From positions 5,580-69,579 of the forward strand of contig CAYJWM010000001.1 of the NCBI GenBank assembly GCA_964373885.1: a stretch of 64,000 nt of DNA, in the 5' to 3' direction. Below, piece by piece: positions 37,898 through 48,031 of the stretch. The position numbers and the translations under genes were made by a program. Origin of the DNA: an uncultured bacterium. Its GTDB lineage: Bacteria > Omnitrophota > Omnitrophia > Omnitrophales > Danuiimicrobiaceae. Positions within the stretch are counted from its first letter, which is position 1, and each line of letters starts with the position of its first letter. The notes beneath the pieces were generated by a model that saw only the letters and a list, made by a program, of their open reading frames with translations, searched no databases and was not told the DNA's origin.

Positions 37898-39136
37898 TTA
37901 GAAATTCTCAAAAATCCACTCCCGCGCCGAGCGAGTCGCTCTCGAAATCCAATTCTGGGGGCTCGAGAGCACAGGGGCAGGTTCTGAAATCTTATGGCTG
38001 AAACGGATCCCCCCCAAAGCCGCAGAAAAAGCCGGCTTCTTCACAAAACCGTCCGGTCCCAAAAAAGCTTCCGCTCGCCCGATCCGAACGGACGGGGAAA
38101 TTTCTTCTTTCATGACCTCGACCAATCCTTCCAATTCAGCGCCTCCCCCCGTCACCACAATCTGGTCCAGGGGAGCAAATCGATGCTGCAGCAATTTAAT
38201 TTCAGAGCCGATTTTCTCAAGAAACAGCTCCAGCCCGGAACTCATGTGTGTTTCGAACTGCGCTCTTGAAACATGATATTTTTGATGCCTGTTTGAAGCA
38301 GGCACGGGAATAAGCTCGTCTCGAAATTCATTTTTTCGCCCCGCAGAACCGAACGCCTCCTTAATTCTCTGCGCATCCAAGTGATTGATGTTCAGCTTCT
38401 GCTCAATCACTTGCGTGATATGGTCCGCCCCAAACGGAATCGAGTGAACGGCGATTAAAACAGATCCTTTATAGCAAGCGAAATGGGTCGCTTCCCCTCC
38501 GATCGCAACCAGCATCACTCCTTCCTGTTTTTCGGAATCCTCGAGCACCGCATCTGCCGACGCTAAAATGCTTGGAACAAAATCGATGACCTCCAGCTCG
38601 GAACGCTCAAGCGCTTTTCTCAAATTGCTGTAACCCAAATAATCCATGGTAAGCAGCCGAAGCGTCACGCCGAGGCGGCTTGCCTCCAGTCCGATCGGGT
38701 TTCGAATACCGGGCAAATCATTGACCAAAAATTCCTGAGGAACGGCTTGAATGATAATTTCTCCCAACGGAATGGTGGCCACGCTCCTGGTTTGAGCGAT
38801 GGCCAGGCGAATGTCCCGAAGCGCAAGTGCATGCGGATTGGTTTGAAAATAAACGGAGCTTTGGAAGGTGTAATTTTTAATATAGGCATTGGACACCACC
38901 ACACGACAAGGCACGATCGTATCTTCTTGGGCGCTGACAATGCTGCGGACGGCCTGGCGAAGCGTTTCACTGGCCTCGGGAAGATCTTTGACGAGACCGC
39001 GCTCAAAGCCGTGCCCGAGCCGCGTACAATAAGCGACCACTTCGGGCACAGGGCCTGAGACATCGGCTCTTAAAAATACGATTTTGGTGGTGCCGATATA
39101 AAGCAGGTACGCGTTTCTCGCCTTTTTCTTCATCAC
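37898..39136 (-). CDS. ftsA: Cell division protein FtsA
   Basis: Actin-fold ATPase blocks, VVTGGGAELEGL near the C-terminus, 412 aa. Confidence 0.9.
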   Translation of the reverse strand: MMKKKARNAYLLYIGTTKIVFLRADVSGPVPEVVAYCTRLGHGFERGLVKDLPEASETLRQAVRSIVSAQEDTIVPCRVVVSNAYIKNYTFQSSVYFQTNPHALALRDIRLAIAQTRSVATIPLGEIIIQAVPQEFLVNDLPGIRNPIGLEASRLGVTLRLLTMDYLGYSNLRKALERSELEVIDFVPSILASADAVLEDSEKQEGVMLVAIGGEATHFACYKGSVLIAVHSIPFGADHITQVIEQKLNINHLDAQRIKEAFGSAGRKNEFRDELIPVPASNRHQKYHVSRAQFETHMSSGLELFLEKIGSEIKLLQHRFAPLDQIVVTGGGAELEGLVEVMKEEISPSVRIGRAEAFLGPDGFVKKPAFSAALGGIRFSHKISEPAPVLSSPQNWISRATRSAREWIFENF

Positions 39137-39939
39137 TGGGGCTTCTTTTTGACAATCACATCCTGATAACGAAAATCCACATACAAGACCTTTTCCCGTT
39201 CCTCGGAACGGAGCAAAGGCCGTAAAATGGCCGAAGCATTCTCTTGAAAACCGGGGAATCGTCCAAAGCGCAGCTCAATTCCGTCCCTCAAAACGGCAGT
39301 CATATTTCCCAAATGATCCACGGAGAATCGGCTGACCGGCTCCGATTTTAAAAGCGGGTCTTGCTCGAACCACTCAAAAAAACGTCTCCATTCCGCAAAA
39401 TAAGGGCTCGGGTAGACCATCCCCGCCGTGTATGACTTCTTCCCCCTGCCGAAGTCTTCTACCACCCGAAAGCTGTGGTTCGGCGCTTTGGAAACCGAAA
39501 CAATGATCCGGTCCTCAGAAACGAAATAAGTGGGCCCGCGCGGTGCGTTCCGAACCTGGACGAACGGTATGCGCGGCGTCAAAAACACCTTCAGCTGATC
39601 CGGGAAGGCACGGATGACTTCAGCGCGCTGAATCGCGGGATTCTTCTCCAGTTCTCTTGAGATCGCACTCAAATCGACCCGAAACAAATTTTTCCGCTGC
39701 AATGCAGATTCCAAAAACCGCTGCTCTGCCCCCGAGAGAAGATGATGGGGATACACGGAAACCCGCTCGATTTGAAAATACGGATCCGCATACAATCGGC
39801 CGCGGACACCCAAAAAAACGGCCGTCCCCAGCCCGAGCAAACCTACGGGCACTAAAATTTTAAAAAACCGCCTCAAAAAAGTCTTTCGCCATATTCCAAA
39901 ATATTTCCACTGCCGCTTTCGCGTATGGCGTTTTAGCAT
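39133..39939 (-). CDS. ftsQ: Cell division protein FtsQ/DivIB (POTRA domain)
   Basis: N-terminal TM, POTRA-like region, and its position between ddl and ftsA. Confidence 0.75.
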   Translation of the reverse strand: MLKRHTRKRQWKYFGIWRKTFLRRFFKILVPVGLLGLGTAVFLGVRGRLYADPYFQIERVSVYPHHLLSGAEQRFLESALQRKNLFRVDLSAISRELEKNPAIQRAEVIRAFPDQLKVFLTPRIPFVQVRNAPRGPTYFVSEDRIIVSVSKAPNHSFRVVEDFGRGKKSYTAGMVYPSPYFAEWRRFFEWFEQDPLLKSEPVSRFSVDHLGNMTAVLRDGIELRFGRFPGFQENASAILRPLLRSEEREKVLYVDFRYQDVIVKKKPQ

Positions 39940-39954
39940 GATCGAACGTGAATT

Positions 39955-41001
39955 TCAAAAAACAAGCGAAGAAACCGTTGACTCGCGCGAGCCCGTCTGA
40001 CGTGAAGAAACCGTCCCATTTCCTTTTTGATTTCCGCCCGCGGCGGACGCCTTAGCTTGCCCTCTTTTCCGTTCTACCGCCAACGCCAGCAATTTGAGGC
40101 AAAGATCTTCGAAACGAAGGCCCGCGCAAAGGGCTGCTTTGGGAAGCAAACTGGTTTCCGTAAAACCCGGAATTGAATTGGCCTCCAACACAAAAGGATT
40201 TGACTGCCGATCCACCAAAATATCAACGCGGGACAAGTCCCGCAATCCGAGAACGCGGTGGGCGTTGAGCGCAAGCGCCTCGAGCGTTTGGGTCAAAGCG
40301 GCGGAAATAGGGGCGGGCGCAAGGTAGTCCGTCAACCCCTTGGTGTATTTGGCCCGATAATCGTAAAAGGCCCGCTTGGGCTTAAGCTCGATGACCGGCA
40401 GCGCTTCATGGCCCAGGATGCCTACGGTGAACTCGCGCCCTTCGATCTTCTGTTCCACGAGCAGCTCGCCGTAACGCGCCAGATATCTTTTTATCTTTTC
40501 ACGATTCGACCCCGTCCATTGCTCAATCATCGCCACGCCGATACTCGATCCTTCGTCAACGGGCTTCACGACAAAAGGAGGGCGCCATCTTTGGAACACC
40601 TCATCCCAATTGTGCCGATTCAAAACTGAATGCGAAGGGGTTGGGATTCCGAACGATTCAAACGCGGACTTTGCGCGGGATTTGTCAAAGGCCCGTTCGC
40701 TTGCTTTTGAATCCGAGCCGACAAAAGCGATTCCCCTTGATTCCAAAACACTTTGAATCTCTCCGTCCTCGCCTCCGCGCCCGTGAAGTGCGATAAAGGC
40801 AAGGTCCATCGGAAATCGTCTCAACTGAACCGCCAGACCTTTCGCCGGATCAATCGGTACCGCCTTCACACCGGAAGCGTTTAACGCGGAACAAACGGCG
40901 CGTCCCGAACGAAGCGAAATGGCCCGCTCGCGGCTCCGGCCGCCCAAAAAAACACCGACGGTCCCAAAAACGCTTGGGTCAAAACTCGTTTGTTTCTTCA
41001 T
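39955..41001 (-). CDS. ddl: D-alanine--D-alanine ligase
   Basis: VGVFLGGRSRERAISL N-terminus and ATP-grasp blocks. Start at the ATG at 41001. Confidence 0.9.
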   Translation of the reverse strand: MKKQTSFDPSVFGTVGVFLGGRSRERAISLRSGRAVCSALNASGVKAVPIDPAKGLAVQLRRFPMDLAFIALHGRGGEDGEIQSVLESRGIAFVGSDSKASERAFDKSRAKSAFESFGIPTPSHSVLNRHNWDEVFQRWRPPFVVKPVDEGSSIGVAMIEQWTGSNREKIKRYLARYGELLVEQKIEGREFTVGILGHEALPVIELKPKRAFYDYRAKYTKGLTDYLAPAPISAALTQTLEALALNAHRVLGLRDLSRVDILVDRQSNPFVLEANSIPGFTETSLLPKAALCAGLRFEDLCLKLLALAVERKRGQAKASAAGGNQKGNGTVSSRQTGSRESTVSSLVF

Positions 41002-41920
41002 ACCCGCTGGGAATCCATTTGATTTCGGGCTCAAGTGCCACCCCGAATTGCGCAAACACGCGCGCTTTTGCCATGGACATTAATTTAAGAATATCGCTCG
41101 CTTTGGCACGATCCAGATTAATAAAAAAATTCGCATGCCGGTCGGAAACCATCGCATCGCCCATTCGGACACCCTTCATCCCCACCCTCTCCAATAGTTG
41201 CCCGCTGGTCAAAGAACCGGTTTCCGGATTTTTAAATGTGGAGCCGCCGCTCGGAAACCGCAAATCCTGAACTGAATTTCGATAAGCGAAATTTGCCCTG
41301 ATTTCCGCTTCCACTTCCGCTTCCGGTTTTGAATGCAACTGGAGGAACGCCTCGAGCACAATGGCCCCACCCGTTAACTTGGATGTTCGGTATCCAAAAC
41401 CCAGCTGCTCCCGGGAAAGTTCTTTGACCGACCCGTCTAAATCCATGGCGGTGACAGACTCCACAATCTCCCGGATTTCATGCCACCGATCACCCGGCCG
41501 GCCAAACCCGGCGTTCATCACGACGGCTCCCCCTACCGTGCCGGGAACATGACATAAAAATTCGGTTCCCCCGAGCGAATGCTGTTGACACAAAAGAGCG
41601 AGATGAAAAAGCCCCATCCCGCTCGGAACACGTACCCGTGAATGCTCCAGAAAAACCGCTTGCTCGGGCTCCAATTTCCGAAGCGACAGCACCAAACCAT
41701 TGTAGCCGAAATCCGAAAAAAGGAGGTTGGAGCCGCGGCCGATGACCAGAAGCGGAAGTCCCTCGTTTTTGCGAAATTCCAATACGGTGGCAAGTTCTTC
41801 CCGCGTGCGCGGCTCGGCAAAAAAGCGGGCCGGCCCTCCGATCTTGAAGGTCGAGTAAGACGCAAGCGCTACATTAGGACAAATCGGCGCTTTTAAAGCG
41901 GTCCGCAAATTCATTGGCAA
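40979..41920 (-). CDS. murB: UDP-N-acetylenolpyruvoylglucosamine reductase
   Basis: FAD-binding block LLVIGRGSNLL and the MurB C-terminal domain. Confidence 0.9.
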   Translation of the reverse strand: MPMNLRTALKAPICPNVALASYSTFKIGGPARFFAEPRTREELATVLEFRKNEGLPLLVIGRGSNLLFSDFGYNGLVLSLRKLEPEQAVFLEHSRVRVPSGMGLFHLALLCQQHSLGGTEFLCHVPGTVGGAVVMNAGFGRPGDRWHEIREIVESVTAMDLDGSVKELSREQLGFGYRTSKLTGGAIVLEAFLQLHSKPEAEVEAEIRANFAYRNSVQDLRFPSGGSTFKNPETGSLTSGQLLERVGMKGVRMGDAMVSDRHANFFINLDRAKASDILKLMSMAKARVFAQFGVALEPEIKWIPSGYEETNEF

Positions 41921-43286
41921 TTTCTCCGATGTCTCCCGCCCCTAAAAACGCGATGAGTTCGTTTTTGCTTCGGCTGGTGCTCAGAAAATCGATGAGGTTC
42001 TCCCGCGCCACCAGGTGCACATTGGGGTGTCCGCTTTGCTTCACGACCTCATAAATGGATGAGACTTTTACCTGATTCACATTTTCTTCGCCCGCTGCAT
42101 AAATGTCCGTCAACACCACCCGATCTGCATGATCAAAGGCCTCCGAAAATTCATGCGCCAAATGAAAGGTGCGGGAAAAGCGGTGCGGTTGAAACACCAC
42201 CGTAGTCCTGCGGCCCAAGGCGCGGAGCGCGCGCAAGCTCGCCCGAACTTCCGTCGGGTGATGCGCGTAATCATCGATGACCAAAAGCTCCGGGCGGTCG
42301 AGCTTCACTTCAAGCCGCCGGGACGTCCCGCGGAACTCCTTGAGGAAGTGAAGAAAGCGGCTGGGAAGAAGCCCGAAACTGGCAAGAAGCGCAATGACCC
42401 CGAGCGAATTCAACACATTATGAAGGCCCGGGATGGCGAGTTCCACCGTGTCCACTTTTTTCCCGTGCCGATAAAGCGTGTAGCGGGATTTAAATCCGTC
42501 CAGAGAAACCTCGCCCGCATGATAATCTGCTCCCGCCGACATCCCGAAACTGACGGCGCCGGGAATTTGTTCCTGGGCGATCAGCTCCCGCAAATTGGGA
42601 TCATCAAAACAATAAATCACTCGGCCGGTTTTTTTGACTCGGTCTAAAAAAAGCCGAAAGGAATGTTTCAGCCCGGCGAGGTCATGATACACATCCAAAT
42701 GATCCGCTTCCAGATTGGTGATCAGCGCAAAATCGGGGATAAAGAAAAGCTGGCTTTTGTCGCTTTCATCCACTTCGGCGACAAACAGATGCCGCCTCCC
42801 TAGAATCACATTGGACTCGTAATTCAAAATCTCGCCGCCCACCAAACACGTGGGTTCCAAACCAGAGCGCGTCAGAAGAAAACTCGCAAGCGCCGAACAG
42901 GTGGTTTTTCCGTGCGTTCCGGTGATCACAAGCGAAATGGCTTGATTCATCAAATGCGCCAGCACTTCGGCGCGATGATAAGTGGCAAGCGCGAGTGCTT
43001 CGGCTTGTTTCAACTCAGGATTGTTTTTGGCAATGGCGGAAGAATAGATGGCCCACTCGGCAGAAGACAGATGGCCGGCATGATGGCCGATCGCGACCGG
43101 AATGCCCTCTGCCCTCAATTTCTTGACGGTCCGGCTTTCTTTGGAATCTGAACCGCTTACCTCGAGCCCGTAAGCGGCCAGCACCCGCGCAAGGGCGCTC
43201 ATTCCGACACCGCCGATTCCGATCAAAAAAACTTTTTTCCCCGGCTTCAACAGACGGAACAAACTTGTTTTGGTCAAAGTTTCCAT
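41874..43286 (-). CDS. murC: UDP-N-acetylmuramate--L-alanine ligase
   Basis: KVFLIGIGGVGMSALA and Mur ligase central and C-terminal domains. Confidence 0.9.
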   Translation of the reverse strand: METLTKTSLFRLLKPGKKVFLIGIGGVGMSALARVLAAYGLEVSGSDSKESRTVKKLRAEGIPVAIGHHAGHLSSAEWAIYSSAIAKNNPELKQAEALALATYHRAEVLAHLMNQAISLVITGTHGKTTCSALASFLLTRSGLEPTCLVGGEILNYESNVILGRRHLFVAEVDESDKSQLFFIPDFALITNLEADHLDVYHDLAGLKHSFRLFLDRVKKTGRVIYCFDDPNLRELIAQEQIPGAVSFGMSAGADYHAGEVSLDGFKSRYTLYRHGKKVDTVELAIPGLHNVLNSLGVIALLASFGLLPSRFLHFLKEFRGTSRRLEVKLDRPELLVIDDYAHHPTEVRASLRALRALGRRTTVVFQPHRFSRTFHLAHEFSEAFDHADRVVLTDIYAAGEENVNQVKVSSIYEVVKQSGHPNVHLVARENLIDFLSTSRSKNELIAFLGAGDIGEIANEFADRFKSADLS

Positions 43287-44362
43287 GCCGCCTCCCTTAA
43301 GGCGCGGGCCGCGTCCGGACGCGAAAGCTCGCGTATGCCGTTCGCCATTTTGCGGCGGGAATCAGCATCGCTTCGCACCTCACGAATATGACGATAAAGC
43401 CCTTCTGAAGTCAACGTTTGATCGTTCAAAACACGAACCCACCCGCGTTCCGCCAGATCCCTGGCGTTTACTTCTTGATGCGCATAGGCGAATGGGTACG
43501 GCACGAGAATAGCGGCCCGCCCTACCGCTGCCAATTCAAAAATAGTTCCCGCCCCCGCGCGTGAAATCACCAAATCGGCCCGAGCAAAAGCTGTTTCTAT
43601 ATTTTTGGAAAACGGAAGCACTTCAGCATGAATACCCAAACGCTGATACGCCTGCCGAGCCGTTTCAAAATCATCAGAGCCGGTGATATGTATTACGGCA
43701 AACCGAGCTTTTTCTTCAGGTTGAAACCGCTCAAGCACTTCCAAAAAAACCTTATTGAGACGCCTGGCTCCCTGCGACCCTCCGAATACCAGCACGGTGA
43801 ACGTTTCGTTCTTTTCTCCCTGCTGTACAAATGCCGTCTTCAAGAAAGAGGAACGCACCGGAAAACCCGTCCAGATTGTTTTCCAGACCGGCAAATTTCC
43901 GGTTTTTGGAAAACTAACCGCGACACAATCGGCCCAGCGGGACAAAAATTGATTGGCCCGTCCCGCGCAGGCATTCTGCTCATGAAGCACGATCGGAATT
44001 CCCTGGCTTGCCCCGCATAAAACAGCGGGGACGGTGGCAAAACTGCCGAAACCGACGATCACTTTGGGCTTCAAAAAATCCAACAGGATGGCGGTTTTCC
44101 AAAACGCCTTGATGTATTCTATCAGAATCCGAAATGCCATAAAAGAAAAGAGTGCGGAAGGCGGTTTCAGAGCGATCGCGTGGACATGGATCCCAAACGC
44201 TGAAAGCATTTCGCTGGCAAAGTCAGGCATTCGATTGAGAAGGAGATGAATTTCAGTCTCCGGATGCGTTGCCTGAATGGACTCAATCAGACTGAGCGCA
44301 GGAAACAAATGACCGCCCGTGGCCCCCGTTGCGATCACGACACGGACAGGAGCGCGAGTCAT
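43274..44362 (-). CDS. murG: UDP-GlcNAc--undecaprenyl-PP-MurNAc-pentapeptide GlcNAc transferase
   Basis: VVIATGATGGHLFPA N-terminus and GT-B fold blocks. Confidence 0.9.
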   Translation of the reverse strand: MTRAPVRVVIATGATGGHLFPALSLIESIQATHPETEIHLLLNRMPDFASEMLSAFGIHVHAIALKPPSALFSFMAFRILIEYIKAFWKTAILLDFLKPKVIVGFGSFATVPAVLCGASQGIPIVLHEQNACAGRANQFLSRWADCVAVSFPKTGNLPVWKTIWTGFPVRSSFLKTAFVQQGEKNETFTVLVFGGSQGARRLNKVFLEVLERFQPEEKARFAVIHITGSDDFETARQAYQRLGIHAEVLPFSKNIETAFARADLVISRAGAGTIFELAAVGRAAILVPYPFAYAHQEVNARDLAERGWVRVLNDQTLTSEGLYRHIREVRSDADSRRKMANGIRELSRPDAARALREAAWKL

Positions 44363-45462
44363 CTGGAGGCGTAACGCATGGAGGCCTTGTCAAGGGCCAC
44401 CAAAATGCCGACCGCGGCCATATTAAAAATCAGCGCGGTCCCTCCGTAACTGACAAACGGAAGCGGAAGCCCTTTGGTCGGCACCAGCCCCACCGCCACG
44501 AGCAAATTGATCAGGGCCTGAAGTGTCACCAGCATCACCAGCGAAGAAGACAAAAGTTTTGAAAAAGGGTCCTGCAGCCGGCGGGTGATCCGGCTGCCGA
44601 AGAAAAAAAAGACGCCGTAACAGCCGACGGTCGCAAGCGCGCCAAAAAGGCCCAGCTCTTCTCCGATAATCGAAAAAATAAAATCGGTATAACTCTGCGG
44701 CAGATAAAACAGTTTTTGGGTGCTTTCCCCCAACCCTGCCCCTCGAACCCCTCCCAAACCGAACGCCAGAAAGGATTGAATGATTTGAAAACCGCTGCCG
44801 AGCGGATCGCCCCACGGATCCAGATAAGCGCTGATCCGGCGCAACCGATACGGTTTTGCGAGAACGAAAATAACCACCAAAATAGCCGCCACAGCTCCCG
44901 CCAACACCACATAACGAAGCCGGATGCCGGAGAGAAAAAACAAAATCCCGGTCAGGAGAAACAAAAAAATGCACGAACCCAAATCCGGCTGGGCCAGCAC
45001 CAGCGCGAATACCAAACCCAACAAAACCAGCGGCGGGACAAATACGGAAATGGACCCTTCCAAAATGGGCTTCATCTTGCGCGTGAGATAATCCGCCAAA
45101 TAAATACACAAAGACAATTTCGCAAATTCAACCGGTTGAAAGGTAAACGCCCAAAGCCGTAACCAGCGCCGCGCTCCTCCCGCCGAATGACCGATCAGCG
45201 GAAGAAATACCAGCCCAAGGAGTACAATGGATATGACCATCCACAAGCGTGAGTGGCGTCTTAAAAACTCCGGGTCAAGCCCGGAAGACACAAAGAAAAA
45301 AAAAGACCCCAGAATGACGTAAAAAAGCTGTCGTCTCAAAAAGTACGTGGCGCTGTGAAACACCTGATCGGCATAAACGGCGCTCGCGCTGTACGTCATG
45401 ACCACCCCGAGGGCGATTAATCCATACATCGTCAAAACTAAAATTTTGGATTCGTTCGTCAC
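44359..45462 (-). CDS. ftsW: SEDS-family peptidoglycan polymerase/flippase FtsW
   Basis: 10-TM SEDS profile with GLGESTQKLFYLPQSYTDFIFS, positioned between murD and murG. Confidence 0.9.
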   Translation of the reverse strand: MTNESKILVLTMYGLIALGVVMTYSASAVYADQVFHSATYFLRRQLFYVILGSFFFFVSSGLDPEFLRRHSRLWMVISIVLLGLVFLPLIGHSAGGARRWLRLWAFTFQPVEFAKLSLCIYLADYLTRKMKPILEGSISVFVPPLVLLGLVFALVLAQPDLGSCIFLFLLTGILFFLSGIRLRYVVLAGAVAAILVVIFVLAKPYRLRRISAYLDPWGDPLGSGFQIIQSFLAFGLGGVRGAGLGESTQKLFYLPQSYTDFIFSIIGEELGLFGALATVGCYGVFFFFGSRITRRLQDPFSKLLSSSLVMLVTLQALINLLVAVGLVPTKGLPLPFVSYGGTALIFNMAAVGILVALDKASMRYASR

Positions 45463-45467
45463 AGCGC

Positions 45468-46727
45468 CTAAGCGGGGTGGAGCACAAATTGATGGGACAA
45501 AATATCTTTGAAGCGCCTGCCGCGCTCTTCGTAATTTCGAAACATATCAAAACTGGCGCATGCCGGAGAAAATAAAATTGTCTCTCCGGGGCCTGCCGCG
45601 TCTTGCGCGGTACGAAGGGCGTCTTCGAGGGTTTTCTGTCGGGAGACGGAAACCAAATCGCCGAAAGTCTCCTCAATGACTTCGGCGGCCTCGCCGATGG
45701 CGACCAAATGCCTCACCTTTTCTTTCACAAGCCGGCGCAACAGCCGGAAATCTCCGCCCTTATGCCGCCCGCCGGCAATTAAAATGACGGGTTGGTTCAT
45801 TCGCCGAAGCGCCCATTCCAGGGAAGAAAGCGTAGTGGATTTCGAATCATTGATATAACGCACGTTTCGATAAACCCCCACTTCTTCAAGCCGGTGTTCG
45901 ATTCCTTTGAACCGTTCGAAAACGGCGCGCGCCGCTTCTCCGCCAACTCCATAAATATCGGCCACTGCTTGAACGGCGGCCTGATTCGGATTGAGCGACT
46001 CGGAACCTGAAAAATAAATCACTCGGGAGCGAATCGAGGAAACCCGCTTCATGCTTTCGCCGTCTTCCCGATTGATGAGCGCATAACCGTCAGGAGTTTG
46101 ATTTTGAAAAATGCGCCATTTCGCCCTGGCGTATGCGTCAAAATCCCCGTGCCAGTCACAATGATTCGGGGTTAAGTTGAGCAAAACCGCGACGCGCGGC
46201 CGGAACCGATCGATATGAAGCAGTTGAAAAGAACTTACTTCCACGACCGCGATGGTGTCCCGACTCATACACCCGGCTTCCCGAATAAATGAATTGCCGA
46301 TGTTTCCGCAGCTAACGGCCCGGCGGCCCGCTGCTTCGAGCGCTTGTTGAATCAAGGTCACCGTCGTGGTCTTGCCGTTGGTGCCGGTCACCGCTATGAT
46401 TTCAGCTTCGGTGGAGCGCGAAGCAAGTTCAATTTCGCTCCAAATGGGGATTCCGCTCGCGTGGATTTTTTGATAAATCGGCGCGTGGGGCGGAATTCCG
46501 GGCGAAATGATGATTAAATCGGATGACTGTATGCGCTTGAAATCGTGGCTTCCGAACTCGAAGGAAATCCCGTGCGCGCTGAGCCGGTCTCGAATTCCGC
46601 CAAAGCCCACCGCAGGTTTCAATTCACTCAGAAAAACATCCGCGCCGTTCGCCGCCAAAAAAAGCGCGCTCTGAACCCCGGACTCCCCCGCTCCCAATAC
46701 GGTGACTTTTTTGTATTTAAAGTTCAT
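45468..46727 (-). CDS. murD: UDP-N-acetylmuramoylalanine--D-glutamate ligase
   Basis: VTVLGAGESG N-terminus and GTNGKTTT P-loop. Confidence 0.9.
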   Translation of the reverse strand: MNFKYKKVTVLGAGESGVQSALFLAANGADVFLSELKPAVGFGGIRDRLSAHGISFEFGSHDFKRIQSSDLIIISPGIPPHAPIYQKIHASGIPIWSEIELASRSTEAEIIAVTGTNGKTTTVTLIQQALEAAGRRAVSCGNIGNSFIREAGCMSRDTIAVVEVSSFQLLHIDRFRPRVAVLLNLTPNHCDWHGDFDAYARAKWRIFQNQTPDGYALINREDGESMKRVSSIRSRVIYFSGSESLNPNQAAVQAVADIYGVGGEAARAVFERFKGIEHRLEEVGVYRNVRYINDSKSTTLSSLEWALRRMNQPVILIAGGRHKGGDFRLLRRLVKEKVRHLVAIGEAAEVIEETFGDLVSVSRQKTLEDALRTAQDAAGPGETILFSPACASFDMFRNYEERGRRFKDILSHQFVLHPA

Positions 46728-46766
46728 GGCATTCCCATTTAAAAAATCGTCGCCTGAGCGGCGTCA

Positions 46767-46853
46767 TTTGCGCGAAATTTCTAGAGCGAAATGGAGCGCA
46801 AATGCCGAGTGAGTACGGCTGATTTTGTTTAGGCCGCTCGCCTAAAATCAGCC
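46767..46853. other. Structured 168-bp spacer inside the dcw operon between mraY and murD. It holds a 7-bp-stem hairpin (46767-46802) and a perfect 10-bp-stem hairpin GGCTGATTTT/AAAATCAGCC (46817-46853), plus a short GC stem and U6 just upstream of murD on the mRNA strand.
   Basis: Inverted repeats read directly from the sequence. Intergenic gaps elsewhere in this cluster are 0-50 bp. Confidence 0.4.
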
Positions 46854-46895
46854 GCACGGAACGTCCGCGAAGGCGAGCGATTTTTTAAATTTTTC

Positions 46896-47984
46896 CTACC
46901 TTAATTTTAAAGTACCGAGCCCGATCAAGGCAAGAATAAAGGCGATGATCCACAGCCGAATCGTCACTTTTGATTCAGGCCAGCCCTTCAGCTGCAAATG
47001 ATGATGGTAAGGCGACATCAGGAAGATGCGTTTCCCAAAAAGCCGGAAGGAAGCCACCTGGAGCATCACCGAAAGCGCCTCCCAAACGAAAATCCCGCCT
47101 ACAATTAAAAGCACGAGTTCGTTTTTAATCAGTATGGCCACAATCCCGAGCGCTCCGCCCAAAGAAAGCGATCCCGTATCCCCCATCATCACGGTCGCCG
47201 GATAAGAGTTATACCACAGGAAACCCACACCGGCCCCTACCAGCGAAGCGCAAAAAATGGTCAGCTCAACCGCTCTCGGCCGATAGGCGATTTCCAAATA
47301 TTGGGCAAAATCCGCCCGGCTGGTCACATACGTCAGCACGGCAAAAGCCCCCGCCGCGAACGTCAGGCAGCCGATGGCAAGGCCGTCGAGCCCGTCGGTT
47401 AAATTAAGCGCATTGGACGTGCCGATCAAAACCACAATGACAAATGGAACAAACCAGACTCCCAGCCAAAACGTCACATCCTTAAAAAAAGGCACGTACA
47501 ACAACTTTGAAAATTTGGGGTCCAGATAAAGGCCGACACCGATCGCAAGGCCCAATGCCACCTGACCGGCCAATTTCAGGCGCCCGGGAAGCCCCCGGCT
47601 GTTTTTCATTTTCAATTTCAAAAAATCGTCCGCAAACCCGACGCATCCAAACCAGACGGTCACCCCCAAAGCAATCAAAAGAAATGAATTCGTCAAGTCT
47701 CCCCAGAGCAGATTGGAACACACAATACTCGCGACAATTAAAATACCGCCCATGGTCGGCACGGTTTTCTTGGCCGCATATAAATGATGGATTTTCTGGG
47801 CGTGTTCGCGTTCGGTTTCATTGACGGCGCTCAACTTCATGAGCCAGCGGATAATCCAAGGCCCCAGCACGACACAAAGCAAAAAAGCCGTCACGCTTGC
47901 GCCGACCGAGCGGAAGGTGATGTATTTAAATAAATTGAAGACAATCGCCTGGTCTTTCAGCGGATAAAGAAAATGATAAAACAT
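46896..47984 (-). CDS. mraY: Phospho-N-acetylmuramoyl-pentapeptide transferase
   Basis: 10-TM MraY profile, DDxxD-like block NLTDGLDGLA, HHH motif SPYHHHLQLKG. Confidence 0.95.
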   Translation of the reverse strand: MFYHFLYPLKDQAIVFNLFKYITFRSVGASVTAFLLCVVLGPWIIRWLMKLSAVNETEREHAQKIHHLYAAKKTVPTMGGILIVASIVCSNLLWGDLTNSFLLIALGVTVWFGCVGFADDFLKLKMKNSRGLPGRLKLAGQVALGLAIGVGLYLDPKFSKLLYVPFFKDVTFWLGVWFVPFVIVVLIGTSNALNLTDGLDGLAIGCLTFAAGAFAVLTYVTSRADFAQYLEIAYRPRAVELTIFCASLVGAGVGFLWYNSYPATVMMGDTGSLSLGGALGIVAILIKNELVLLIVGGIFVWEALSVMLQVASFRLFGKRIFLMSPYHHHLQLKGWPESKVTIRLWIIAFILALIGLGTLKLR

Positions 47985-48031
47985 GGCGCCCTTTCGAAAA
48001 AATATCGCTTGTGTGGAAAATAAAATGAAAA

